64,000 bases of DNA from Setoptus koraiensis (taxonomy: Eukaryota; Animalia; Arthropoda): NCBI GenBank assembly GCA_048013815.1, contig CM106586.1:10478001-10542000 (forward strand), written 5' to 3'. Below, piece by piece: positions 12,332-21,449 of this stretch (position 1 is its first letter; each line of letters starts with the position of its first letter). Below the pieces are notes generated by a model. That model saw nothing but the letters and a program-made list of their open reading frames with translations, had not been told where the DNA came from and searched no databases. The position numbers and the translations under genes were made by a program.

Positions 12332-13571
12332 TCAATTACTGTCTGAGGATGCTTTGAGCAGATTGTTTTTTGCCGAAAACCTCATTTGTAACGATACCCC
12401 CACAAACCAAACACCCAGCTTGTCCAGTATTGTACAACCAACAGTACCAATACCATGGGTCCAATAACCTGACGTCTCGCGATAGTTACTTCTGACCAAG
12501 GCCAAAGCGGATTTTGCATAAGTATCAGGGTGAGGAGTAATTATGCTAGGGTTCTTGAATTGATTAGTCCATCCGGTCATCAGTTTTGTCAACACTGGGC
12601 CAGTGCTATAATTGATTATGTCGATGGGGTAACTAGAATACTCAAACTGAAGTGTGCGACTGAAATCCGTAATAAAATGCTATAGATTTGTATATGAGAT
12701 AAAAATAAAAAAGATAATTGTTAATTGAATGCTGATGATTTCCAACAGTCACTTGATAACTCGCACCATGAAAACTCACCTTTGCAGGCCCATAAACACC
12801 CCAGTATGGCGCAGAAACAATGCCAAACATGGACGAAATATTCATAATGAGGCCTTTCTTTCTCTGAATCATGCTAGGCATAACAAGTTTGATCATCATG
12901 ATATGGCTGATAACGTTCACTCCAACTGAGTCTTTGATTTCTTGGATGTCGTTTTGCAGGTATCGTTTGATGGAGTCGGGAAAGACACCGGCATTATTAA
13001 TGAGTATACCAACATCCCTGGAATCAAGTTTCAATTCTTTCTCAACGCGCTTATAGTCCTCAATGCTGGCATTTGCCAGATCTAGTCGAATGGTCACGAT
13101 CTCATCAGTTGATTTGGAAATCTGGCTCAGTTCATTTTTGACTCTGGTCAATTTTTCTTCATTCCTGCCCAAAATAATAAGCGAGTGACCTCGAGCTGCT
13201 AAATCTTTGGCAAATCCCAGACCAATTCCGTCGGTGGCGCCAGTGATGACTGCCCATTGCCCGTACTTCTTTTTCAGATCATAATGAAACAGCTGGTCTC
13301 GCACGTACATGGTGAAACCTGGTTCAACATAAAATGAATTAATAATAAAGCGGACGGATATTGTTACTATATATTCACAAAAATACTCACGAGAATACGC
13401 TCGAGATGTACGCAATTATAGACACTTACCACTGTAGGCATAATAGATTATCTTGATTCCGGTGAGAGCCAGACAGACAGAGCCCACAGTTGTGGCAACG
13501 ATCACAAAGACCCGTGAATAGGCATCGTGCTGTTTTATCTCGTTGAAGAAATCGTCCAAAAATTCCAACAT
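12332..13571 (-). CDS. HSD17B12: Very-long-chain 3-oxoacyl-CoA reductase (HSD17B12/KAR-type SDR); predicted complement join(13430..13571,12780..13318,12332..12679), 342 aa
   Basis: Motifs WAVITGATDGIG (TGxxxGxG), ILINNAG, NISS and catalytic YGPAK (YxxxK). Two GT-AG introns (13319-13429, 111 nt; 12680-12779, 100 nt) join three frames into a full protein. It starts with a hydrophobic anchor (SRVFVIVATTVGSVCLALTGIKIIYYAY) and ends with a KAR-like tail (PHPDTYAKSAL...GYWTHG). Confidence 0.88.
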
Positions 13572-13811
13572 GACGTCAATATAATTGCTTGCTTATGCGA
13601 TCTTATTCTAGCGTATGCTTGGCCCCAACCGAACGACCTTTATTACGATGAATTGCACTATCTATTTGTATTATCACCTGTGGAATTGTCCTTGATCATT
13701 TTAACTTGACTTACAACTTGTTCATTGGGTGTGTGAATCATTTTGCTCCGCATGTTTGATGTCTTCGAAGAAAGACAGCATAATTTATTGCAATCACCTG
13801 TAGGTCCGCTC

Positions 13812-13832
13812 GGGTATTGGGCGGGTATGGGG
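13812..13832 (+). other. Potential G-quadruplex motif GGG-TATT-GGG-C-GGG-TAT-GGGG
   Basis: Matches the canonical G3N1-7 x4 pattern, about 240 bp upstream of the KAR start codon. Confidence 0.5.
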
Positions 13833-14219
13833 ATGAGGTGCGGATATTTGCCAGTGCGAGTCGTACATTATTGATAAAACACGAAGCAACAATGACTGAA
13901 CAAACAAGAAATATTCAGGACCTGAATTTCAACCGTCGAATATAATAAAGCCACGCTGACTGGACTGGTGCTCCAAAGTGCGTGACTTGATGATCGTGCA
14001 CGGATGAAAATATATATGCAATGTAGATATAAATATGGATGTTGATATAAATGTTGATATAAATGTACATATGAATATCTGCATCTTTGTTTATATTGCT
14101 GCCACTTTTTTTAATATAATCAATCACAATAAATTTCTATCTGACTTTCTCCGGTGATCACGAAAGCACCAACCACTGTGATAGAACCTACATAAAATCA
14201 TTCATATGCATATATATAC

Positions 14220-14743
14220 TTGGCAACAAATATTTACAACAGCCTTATAATACGAGCCAAGGAATCAAACCAAAATACCGTGACGACTACTACCGACGGA
14301 GGAATATTGCAATTTACTGTGTTATACAAGAAAAGTAAGTATTCTTTATCGTTGCCTAGCGCCAGGACCGTGTCAGAATTGAGAATTCAAATAAAAGAAT
14401 TGAGGCCAGTGCCGACTGTAATACAAAAATTAATGCACAAAGGAACGACGCTGAACGTGCACGATGATTTATTGTGGAATGCTCGGATTCGCAAGGGCTC
14501 CACAATAGTATAATGGCTGTGAGATCAACTTTTAGCGATATTTAACTAGGAACCGCAGTGCCAAGGCAAGAACTGATCAAAAAATATCAACCAGATAAGG
14601 ATAGGAAACACGCCGTTGGGCCACTTTGTAAGCAATCGCACCACAGCAAGGTCCTAATTGAACACATCAAGCCTAAGGATCTCATGCCGGCCTACAAGCA
14701 GGATGGACACGTGTATTTATCGTCTCACAAGCCTACACTCTAG
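14220..14743 (+). pseudogene. UBFD1: UBFD1-like (ubiquitin family domain-containing 1) pseudogene, 3'-truncated
   Basis: Ubiquitin-like segment LQFTVLYKKSKYSLSLPSARTVSELRIQIKELRPVPTVIQKLMHKG. After a frameshift near 14505-14512 comes IMAVRSTFSDI* (UBFD1 IMVVGSTINDV) with an in-frame TAA at 14543. Then GPLCKQSHHSKVLIEHIKPKDLMP (UBFD1 EPLCRQKQHRKVLDKGKPEDVMP). No in-frame ATG; the C-terminal domain is absent. Confidence 0.75.
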
Positions 14744-15249
14744 ACGGAGGTGAACCAAAATAGGTTCTTTCCCGCTGCACTCTCAGGATGTGAACCAGGG
14801 ATGGGTTCTTGCCCTGATGGAGGCCTAGACGGAGGTGAACCAAAGTAGGTTCTTTCCCGCGGCACTCTCAGGATGTGAACCAGGGATGGGTTCTTGCCCT
14901 GATGGAGGCCTAGACGGAGGTGAACCAAAATAGGTTCTTTCCCGCGGCACTCTCAGGATGTGAACCAAGGATGGGTTCTTGCCCTGATGGAGGCCTAGAC
15001 GGAGGTGAACCAAAGTAGGTTCTTTCCCGCGGCACTCTCAGGATGTGAACCAGGGATGGGTTCTTGCCCTGATGGAGGCCTAGACGGAGGTGAACCAAAG
15101 TAGGTTCTTTCCCGCGGCACTCTCAGGATGTGAACCAGGGATGGGTTCTTGCCCTGATGGAGGCCTAGACGGAGGTGAACCAAAATAGGTTCTTTCCCGC
15201 GGCACTCACAGGAAGTGAATCCGCAATGGATTCTTACCCTGATATAAGG
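14740..15249. repeat. 85-bp tandem array, 5 near-identical copies plus 1 degenerate copy; each unit is a dimer of two GAACC-N6/7-GGTTC hairpin sub-units
   Basis: Units start at 14740, 14825, 14910, 14995, 15080 and 15165 (CTAGACGGAGGTGAACC...GATGGAGGC). Confidence 0.95.
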
Positions 15250-15608
15250 TTGACAAAATGATGGGTTTGTTTATTATTAAGACGGAGTATATAGTTCGTT
15301 TTATACAGTAAAATAATGATAGTGTGATACCTTTTAGAATGTGGACATGTAATAACTATAAGAAAAAACAAAGTGTCACTGGACACTTAAACAATTTCGT
15401 CTAACGGTTCTAATATACATTTACAACAACTACAAATAATAATGTCAACTACTCATAACGTTGGTGCGTTTGTTGCTCGATGCTATGCGATTTGGGTAGT
15501 TGCAAACAATTATGTTGAGTTGTTTCGTTTGAGCCAGTCATATGCTAATTGTACATATAATATAAGTGTCATGATTATTGTGTGTCAGCCTGACAATTGT
15601 GAGATCAT

Positions 15609-18600
15609 CTACACTAGCTGTTGTTGTGATTGGATTTTGGTCCATGCTGACGACGACCTTGACAATTGGTTGTCGGCATTTTTCGTTGCCGGCACAATGA
15701 CGGTTTCTTGCGACGATTGTGACACGGACAGGTTGACCGGTGTCGGCTGCTGTTGTTGTTGCGTAGAGGGATCTGGATTGGGCGAGCTAGTCGATAGGGG
15801 CCCGTTAACATTGGCCTGTGATTGATGGTTCGTTTGATCAGTTGAGCGACGTTGCAACAGAGCCTGTATACTGAGTGCCTCAAGTTGTTGTTGTGTCATA
15901 CCTGTTGGCCCCAACTGTTGGCCTTGCTTTTGAGAGTTGTTGTTGTTGGGGTTGCTGGCAGCAGCAGCATCGAAAAACAGACCCTTTGGTAGCGATTGCG
16001 ACGATGACGCAAATGTGAAATGCTTCGGCTGGAAGGCTTGATTCAGCTGATACAGGCCGCCCTGATTATCCGTTGACACCTGTTGTTGATGTTGTTGTAG
16101 TTGCTGCTGTTGCTGGCGCTGTTGTAGTTGTTGCTGTTGTTGCTGGTTACGGATGTGCTCTTGAAGTGCCGTGGCCAACGATGGCAAAAACGAGGACGAC
16201 GAAGACAGCTTAGGCTGAATGGTCTTGCTGGCCCCAGAGCCAGCAAATGCCGCACTCAGGGCACTCTCGTCGTGACTCAAATCGGCTCCGTTGGCGCCCA
16301 CCGACGATTGCAACGAGCCCGCCACCGACATCGTCTGACCGCTTGCGGGTCCGCCCGACAACACGGGCGGCGCATTTGCGGCCACATGAACCGGCTTCAA
16401 CTGTGAGGCCGAGCCAAACATTTTGCGCGTCAGATTTTTCGCCATGGCACTCAATGTTGACTGACCACTTCCGCTTGACTTGCTGCTCTGCTGTTGGCCG
16501 CTTGTTGTATCACTTGAGTTGCTGAAATTGAATTTTGATTTGCTCTCGGCGAATTGTAGATCAGTAGAGAAAATGGGCCGCACTCCTATTGCCCGGATGG
16601 CGGTGGCAGCGGGCGTGAAACTTGCAAATTGCGGCCGCGGAATTGCGGCAGCTATCGGTATTCTGATGGTAGGATAGGCGTAACTGGCGGCCGTTAGTAG
16701 TGGCGCCGCTCCGGCTATTGCGGTCGCAGGCCTGTAGGCATAGAAGGCCGGTCCGGCGCCCGCATGAAAGTAGGGTATTATAGTTGGGGTGCGCGTTGAG
16801 GCGGCCGCAAACTGACTGACCGCCCCCAGTGGCCTCGGTGCCAGCGTGAAGAAGGGCAGCGAGCTAAGCGCGTAAGAGGTAGGCCTCGGGTAGAATGTGG
16901 CCGCCGGTATGGCGTGACTGGCTAGTGTGGCGGGCGATTGTGCGACCGCGTGACCGGTGCCCGCACTGACCGGGCTGCCGGCCGAGCCGGCCGCCACCAC
17001 AGAACCGGTGGATGAGCCGGTGCTGGCGCCACTGCTCTGGTGTGCACTGCTGGCACTACTGGACGAGGTGTGAAAACGCGGAAATGTAAACCAGCCCGTG
17101 CTCTGGGTGCGGCTCTTGTCGAGCGCGGCCAGGGTACTGGCGGCAGTGGCCGCGGCAGCCGCCAACGGGCTTATGGCATAAGTGATGGTGCCCTCAGTGG
17201 CCACGGGCTGCGGATAACTGGGTATAAAGTTGTAAGCGGCCGCAGGTTGATAGTGAGCCGATGCCGGGTGATGCTCGTGTGCCGCTGGCGAGCTTGCGGC
17301 TGCCGTCAAATAGGGCGTGGCCGCGTAGGGCGATATTCTGTGGTATCGGGGTCTGAGCCGATAGGCGCTCACGGGCGCCGCGGGCCCGCCATTGGGTCCG
17401 CTGAATTGGTAGTGATGTGTAGCGGCCAGCATGGAGGCCAGCGGGCTTATTTCGTAGCCGTTGGTGGCCTGATCTAGCCACGGGTCGGACGTGTGCGACG
17501 GGTCGGTGTAGGGCGACGGGGCGCCGTTTGTGTTGAGCCAAGTGGCCGAGCTAGACCTCGGGTAGGTTCTGGGTAGTGCGGCCACATTGGACATGGCGCT
17601 TGTTGCGGGCGCCAGGTACTCGCCCGAGGTTATGTAATCGCTGAAGCTTATTGGGCGCCGGGCGGCGTAATAGCGCGGCCTGACCGGTTCGTAGCGCTCG
17701 GCGCTGGCCATGGGCACAAACGAGTCGGTCATTAGCGACGACAAAGACATGGCGGCGGGTCTGCGGTAGGGCGACAACGAGGGCGGACCCAGGCGTCCAA
17801 AGTCGTCGTCGAGGTCGGCCGAGGCGAGCTCGCGCTCGTAGTCGCTCGACGAGACACCCGACGAGCCCGCCATGTTGGTGGCCTCCTCGAAGGGATCGCG
17901 TCCGAAGCTAACGTGCGACTCCTTGGCCTGTTTGTGTGGGTCCACTGTGCGGGTAAAGATGTCGGCGCCGCCCGTGGACGAGCGCGAAGTTGACGTCGGA
18001 ATGTCCGCGGAGTTTCCGTTTCCGCTGGCGTTGTTGCCCGCGGTTGCTGCAGCGGCGGCGGCCGCGTTGGCCGAATTGATGGCCGAATTGAGATTGCTGA
18101 TGGTCTGATCGACGTACGAGCTGCCCGGCGAGTTTGTTGCCTGTGCGCCGTCCGTTGAGTAGGCCGACGAGTGAGCGGACTGATCGTCTACGATCAGCGA
18201 ACTGGCCGACGATGCCTGGGGCGTGGGACCCGCCGATGCGGCTGCCGCTGCGCCCGACGGGCCCGATTGCGGGTGACCGCGCGACGAAATCAGATCCTGA
18301 TAGTCGCTGGAGGAGCCGGCGCCATTAGTGTTGCCATTGTGCGACATGGGATAGTTGCCCGCGTCGGCCTGGCCGGCGTTGTGACTCGAATCCGCCGGAT
18401 TGTTGATTGAATGGTGGTGCAGCGGAATCGGGTGCGAGCCGCTCATTTGCATGGGGCTCATGTGACTCACTCCCAGCTGATTAGACGACACGATCATCTG
18501 ATCGGGCGCGGTCAGCATGTGGCTGTTTGGCGAGGTCATGGAGGTGAGCAGCGACCGGGAGGGCGCGTGCGAGAAGGGCGACTGGAAGCCCAGGTTGCGC

Positions 18601-21449
18601 CCGATGCCGGCCTGGTCCATGGCCTGCGCCTGGGCGGCCAGCAGCATGGCCTGACCGAGCTGATCCTTGTAGAGCGATTCGAGCGGTTGCGGGTACACGG
18701 GTCCCGTGCGCGTGATGCTCTTGCGCTCCGCCAAATAGTTGCTATTGGTGCTGCTGCTGCTGTTTTGCTGACCGGCCGAGGTGTGCGGCTGACCGGCCGA
18801 AGTGTGCGGCTGACCGCCGCTGACCAGGTTGGGCGACGGGTAGAATGTGTGCGTCAACTGGGGCACCGCTCGGCTCAGGTGCAAATTGTCCAGCATGAGC
18901 TTCTGGGTGAGGTCGCGCTGAACAAGCGACGACCTCTTGGCGGGCTCGCCGCTTGGTTTCGCGCCGGCAAGGTCGGCGCCGGTCGACGCCGGTTGGTCGG
19001 ACGGTGACGCCGGGCCGGCGGTCGGGCTCTGGAGTGACTTTTGGTTGCGCTTGTTCTGTTGCTGTTGGTGCTGGTGTTGCGCCAGATCAATGTATTGGTC
19101 CCTGTCGCTAAACTGCGATTCCTTGTTGTGGGAGTCGCGCGCCTGTTGGCGCGCGTTGTTGCGTTGCGATTTTGTGGCCTGCGGGCCGGCCGCGTCGCCC
19201 GAAGCCGTCGCCTCGGCAGGATGGGCGCGGGCGCCGGCATCGGCAGCGTAGCGCGACGCGGCATCGGTGGCGTAGCGAGACCCGGCATCGGTGGCGTAGC
19301 GGGACCCGGCATCGGTGGCGTAGCGCGACGCGCCGGCCAGACTGGTTGCGAGCGACCCGAAAATGTCCCGCTGACTGTACTGCACCGGGCCGGTCTTGGT
19401 GGCCTGAGTGGCGGGCGTTGTTGCGGCGGTGGCGGCGGCTACCCACTGATTGTTGTTGGTCGAGGGCAGCGCCGACATTGTTGCGTAAGTTTGTTTGTTC
19501 GCGCTCGCGTCATTGGCGTCGTCATTGGCGCCACCGTCGTTTGTGTCCTTGTAGCCGATGTAGTTGTTGTTGTTGTTGTTGCTGGTGCCGCTGTCGACCA
19601 GGTTGCCGCTGTCCGTCGCCGCGTATTGTCTGGCCCTGGCGTGCACAGGTGACTTGAGCTGACCACTGGACCGTTGTTTGGGGGCGCCGCTGCTTTGCGC
19701 CGCTTTGGTGGCTGCGGCGGCCGCCGCCGCCGTTCGGCCGCTACCTGTGCCAACCTGTTGATTGGCGGCGTTGTTGTTGGCCACTGGCCGGCTACTGGTT
19801 GCTATTCGCTGCTGTTCCGGCGCATTGTTTGTTTGCTGTTGACGCTGTTGTTGGCCGCTCGTCTTGGCTTGTTGTTGCTGCCGTTGTTGTTGTTGCTGTT
19901 GTTGCTGTTGGCCTGCCGAGGACTGATGAGACAAGACATTTTTTGAGACAATTTTGTTGTTGCTGTTTGACAGCGTCTTGGGCCAATTGTCATTTAGCAG
20001 CATGTAGCTGGCCGCTAATGATGCCGCCGTTGTGGACGATACGGCACCATTGTTGTCCAGACTGTTGTCGTCGCTGTTGTATTGGCGCTGCTCGGTGGCT
20101 TGGTAGGGCGACGGCGTTGTTGTTGTCGTCGTCGTCGTTGTTGTTGCGGCCGTTGATTGCCGATAAGCGCCGATTGTGTGCTGCTGACCCCTATTGTTGC
20201 TGGCCGGAGTTATGACATCGGCGTAGTTGTCGCCGGTGCTGCTGTCGCCGAATCCATCGGCCGAGTTTCCGCTGTCGTAGTCCGCCTGCCCGAACGAATC
20301 GCCGAATCTGTTTTCGAGCGTCTCGGCCTTGTCGAGCGTCTCGGACTTTTCGAGCCATCGGGACTTTTGCTCGCTCGTTTTGCTGGCGCTGCCGCTGTCC
20401 GTCATTGTGCGGCGCTGATTCGGTTGGCTCGTCGACTTGCCTCGGTCGGCTCGGGCCGGTTTCTCGGCGCCGCTCGGCGCCGGCGGCTTGCTGGCCGACG
20501 GTGCGGACGGAGACGCCGCCGAGCCCGACGAAGCGGGCGGCCCGAGTGGAAACTCTTTTCCATTAACCTTGAAAGTCATTATCTCATGCTTGTTGGCGCC
20601 CGTCTGAGGCTTGTTGTCCGTTATGACATGCTTGCTGCCGAGCGTTGGCCGCCGAACGGCGCTGTCGGCAACCTGTTGATCCGACAGCGACAACGATGAG
20701 CTAATCGATGCGCTCGAGCCGGCGCTATCTAGGTCGCCGCTGTTATTTTTGCCGGCGCTCAATGGCGGGCCCTCCAGTTGTTTGCTCCAGGGCCTGAACA
20801 GCGACGGCTGGAAACTGTCCGAATCGGCGCCGCTGTCCATGGCGAATATCGTGGAGCCAGTGTGAAATATCTCAGACTTTAATTTGTCATCGTCACTGTT
20901 GTTTGTATTGGTCGTGATTGACACTTGTTGCGCTTCACCTGTTGCGCCGCCGCCGCCTCGCTGTACAGACTGTAACTGTTCACAATAGGCCAGCGAAGCC
21001 TGCCAAATCAGCAAGCTGGCCATGATCATGGCCAGCTTGCTGGCGACGAATTTGTCATTAGGCAGCTGATTGTGTTTGTTTTTATTTGAATATCGGCGCT
21101 GCTGTCGATGTTGCTGTTGTTGTTGCATTTGGCATGGAGAGTTTGTAGGCAACGGGCAAACATTGGCGCCGTTGTTGGCTCGGCATCGTTGCTTCATAAA
21201 ATATGGGATGACAGACAGTCTGTCTAGGCACTTGGCGGGTTCGCAATTAATTTGATTTGTTGCGCAACTAATTGTTTGTTGGCAAGCGCTGTCAAGCGAA
21301 CAGGCCGCTGTGTTTCGCCGATGTGACATGTTCAAAATTGTTGTTGTTGTTGTTGTTGTTGTTGCTGTTGCTGCTGGCGTGACTGTTCTGCTTGTTGTTG
21401 TTTGACACTTGACACTTGTGGGCGACATTCTCTGTGGAACTATTGACAT
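15609..21449 (-). CDS. Uncharacterised very large low-complexity (Q/S/A/N/T-rich) protein, probably secreted or membrane-anchored, ~1946 aa from the first ATG, single coding exon
   Basis: A 5.9-kb stop-free frame (open to 21521) with non-repetitive segments between polyQ runs. A hydrophobic stretch FVASKLAMIMASLLIWQASLAYC lies near 21000-21050, and a Tyr/Pro/Ala-rich region near 16600-17700. No recognised domain; the start codon is uncertain. Confidence 0.75.
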   Translation of the reverse strand: MSIVPQRMSPTSVKCQTTTSRTVTPAATATTTTTTTTILNMSHRRNTAACSLDSACQQTISCATNQINCEPAKCLDRLSVIPYFMKQRCRANNGANVCPLPTNSPCQMQQQQQHRQQRRYSNKNKHNQLPNDKFVASKLAMIMASLLIWQASLAYCEQLQSVQRGGGGATGEAQQVSITTNTNNSDDDKLKSEIFHTGSTIFAMDSGADSDSFQPSLFRPWSKQLEGPPLSAGKNNSGDLDSAGSSASISSSLSLSDQQVADSAVRRPTLGSKHVITDNKPQTGANKHEIMTFKVNGKEFPLGPPASSGSAASPSAPSASKPPAPSGAEKPARADRGKSTSQPNQRRTMTDSGSASKTSEQKSRWLEKSETLDKAETLENRFGDSFGQADYDSGNSADGFGDSSTGDNYADVITPASNNRGQQHTIGAYRQSTAATTTTTTTTTTPSPYQATEQRQYNSDDNSLDNNGAVSSTTAASLAASYMLLNDNWPKTLSNSNNKIVSKNVLSHQSSAGQQQQQQQQQRQQQQAKTSGQQQRQQQTNNAPEQQRIATSSRPVANNNAANQQVGTGSGRTAAAAAAATKAAQSSGAPKQRSSGQLKSPVHARARQYAATDSGNLVDSGTSNNNNNNYIGYKDTNDGGANDDANDASANKQTYATMSALPSTNNNQWVAAATAATTPATQATKTGPVQYSQRDIFGSLATSLAGASRYATDAGSRYATDAGSRYATDAASRYAADAGARAHPAEATASGDAAGPQATKSQRNNARQQARDSHNKESQFSDRDQYIDLAQHQHQQQQNKRNQKSLQSPTAGPASPSDQPASTGADLAGAKPSGEPAKRSSLVQRDLTQKLMLDNLHLSRAVPQLTHTFYPSPNLVSGGQPHTSAGQPHTSAGQQNSSSSTNSNYLAERKSITRTGPVYPQPLESLYKDQLGQAMLLAAQAQAMDQAGIGRNLGFQSPFSHAPSRSLLTSMTSPNSHMLTAPDQMIVSSNQLGVSHMSPMQMSGSHPIPLHHHSINNPADSSHNAGQADAGNYPMSHNGNTNGAGSSSDYQDLISSRGHPQSGPSGAAAAASAGPTPQASSASSLIVDDQSAHSSAYSTDGAQATNSPGSSYVDQTISNLNSAINSANAAAAAAATAGNNASGNGNSADIPTSTSRSSTGGADIFTRTVDPHKQAKESHVSFGRDPFEEATNMAGSSGVSSSDYERELASADLDDDFGRLGPPSLSPYRRPAAMSLSSLMTDSFVPMASAERYEPVRPRYYAARRPISFSDYITSGEYLAPATSAMSNVAALPRTYPRSSSATWLNTNGAPSPYTDPSHTSDPWLDQATNGYEISPLASMLAATHHYQFSGPNGGPAAPVSAYRLRPRYHRISPYAATPYLTAAASSPAAHEHHPASAHYQPAAAYNFIPSYPQPVATEGTITYAISPLAAAAATAASTLAALDKSRTQSTGWFTFPRFHTSSSSASSAHQSSGASTGSSTGSVVAAGSAGSPVSAGTGHAVAQSPATLASHAIPAATFYPRPTSYALSSLPFFTLAPRPLGAVSQFAAASTRTPTIIPYFHAGAGPAFYAYRPATAIAGAAPLLTAASYAYPTIRIPIAAAIPRPQFASFTPAATAIRAIGVRPIFSTDLQFAESKSKFNFSNSSDTTSGQQQSSKSSGSGQSTLSAMAKNLTRKMFGSASQLKPVHVAANAPPVLSGGPASGQTMSVAGSLQSSVGANGADLSHDESALSAAFAGSGASKTIQPKLSSSSSFLPSLATALQEHIRNQQQQQQLQQRQQQQQLQQHQQQVSTDNQGGLYQLNQAFQPKHFTFASSSQSLPKGLFFDAAAASNPNNNNSQKQGQQLGPTGMTQQQLEALSIQALLQRRSTDQTNHQSQANVNGPLSTSSPNPDPSTQQQQQPTPVNLSVSQSSQETVIVPATKNADNQLSRSSSAWTKIQSQQQLV
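19232..19332 (-). repeat. Coding 24-bp tandem repeat x4 encoding SRYA(T/A)DA(G/A)
   Basis: Peptide ASRYATDAGSRYATDAGSRYATDAASRYAADAGAR. Confidence 0.85.

Noticed and set aside
12642-13415. 257-aa ORF-track version of the reductase
   Set aside because: It reads through introns at both ends; the spliced 3-exon model gives the complete protein.
14740-15183. Four repeated 62-aa minus-strand ORFs (MVHLRLGLHQGKNP...)
   Set aside because: They arise from an 85-bp unit (not a multiple of 3), use a non-ATG start and have no recognisable homology.
14740-15249. 85-bp hairpin-containing array as a CRISPR array
   Set aside because: The units are near-identical throughout with no unique spacers, there are no cas genes, and the context is eukaryotic.
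1-15300. Prokaryotic or horizontally acquired gene cluster interpretation of the compact, intron-poor left part
   Set aside because: All the proteins are eukaryotic-type (MRP with TMD0, LSm4, HSD17B12, UBFD1), and spliceosomal introns are present.
15442-21255. Many plus-strand and alternative-frame ORFs (poly-Cys, poly-Val/Leu, Arg-rich) over the orphan gene
   Set aside because: They are antisense or frame shadows of CAA/CAG-rich coding sequence. The same applies to those over SKOR, retn and the ABCC genes.
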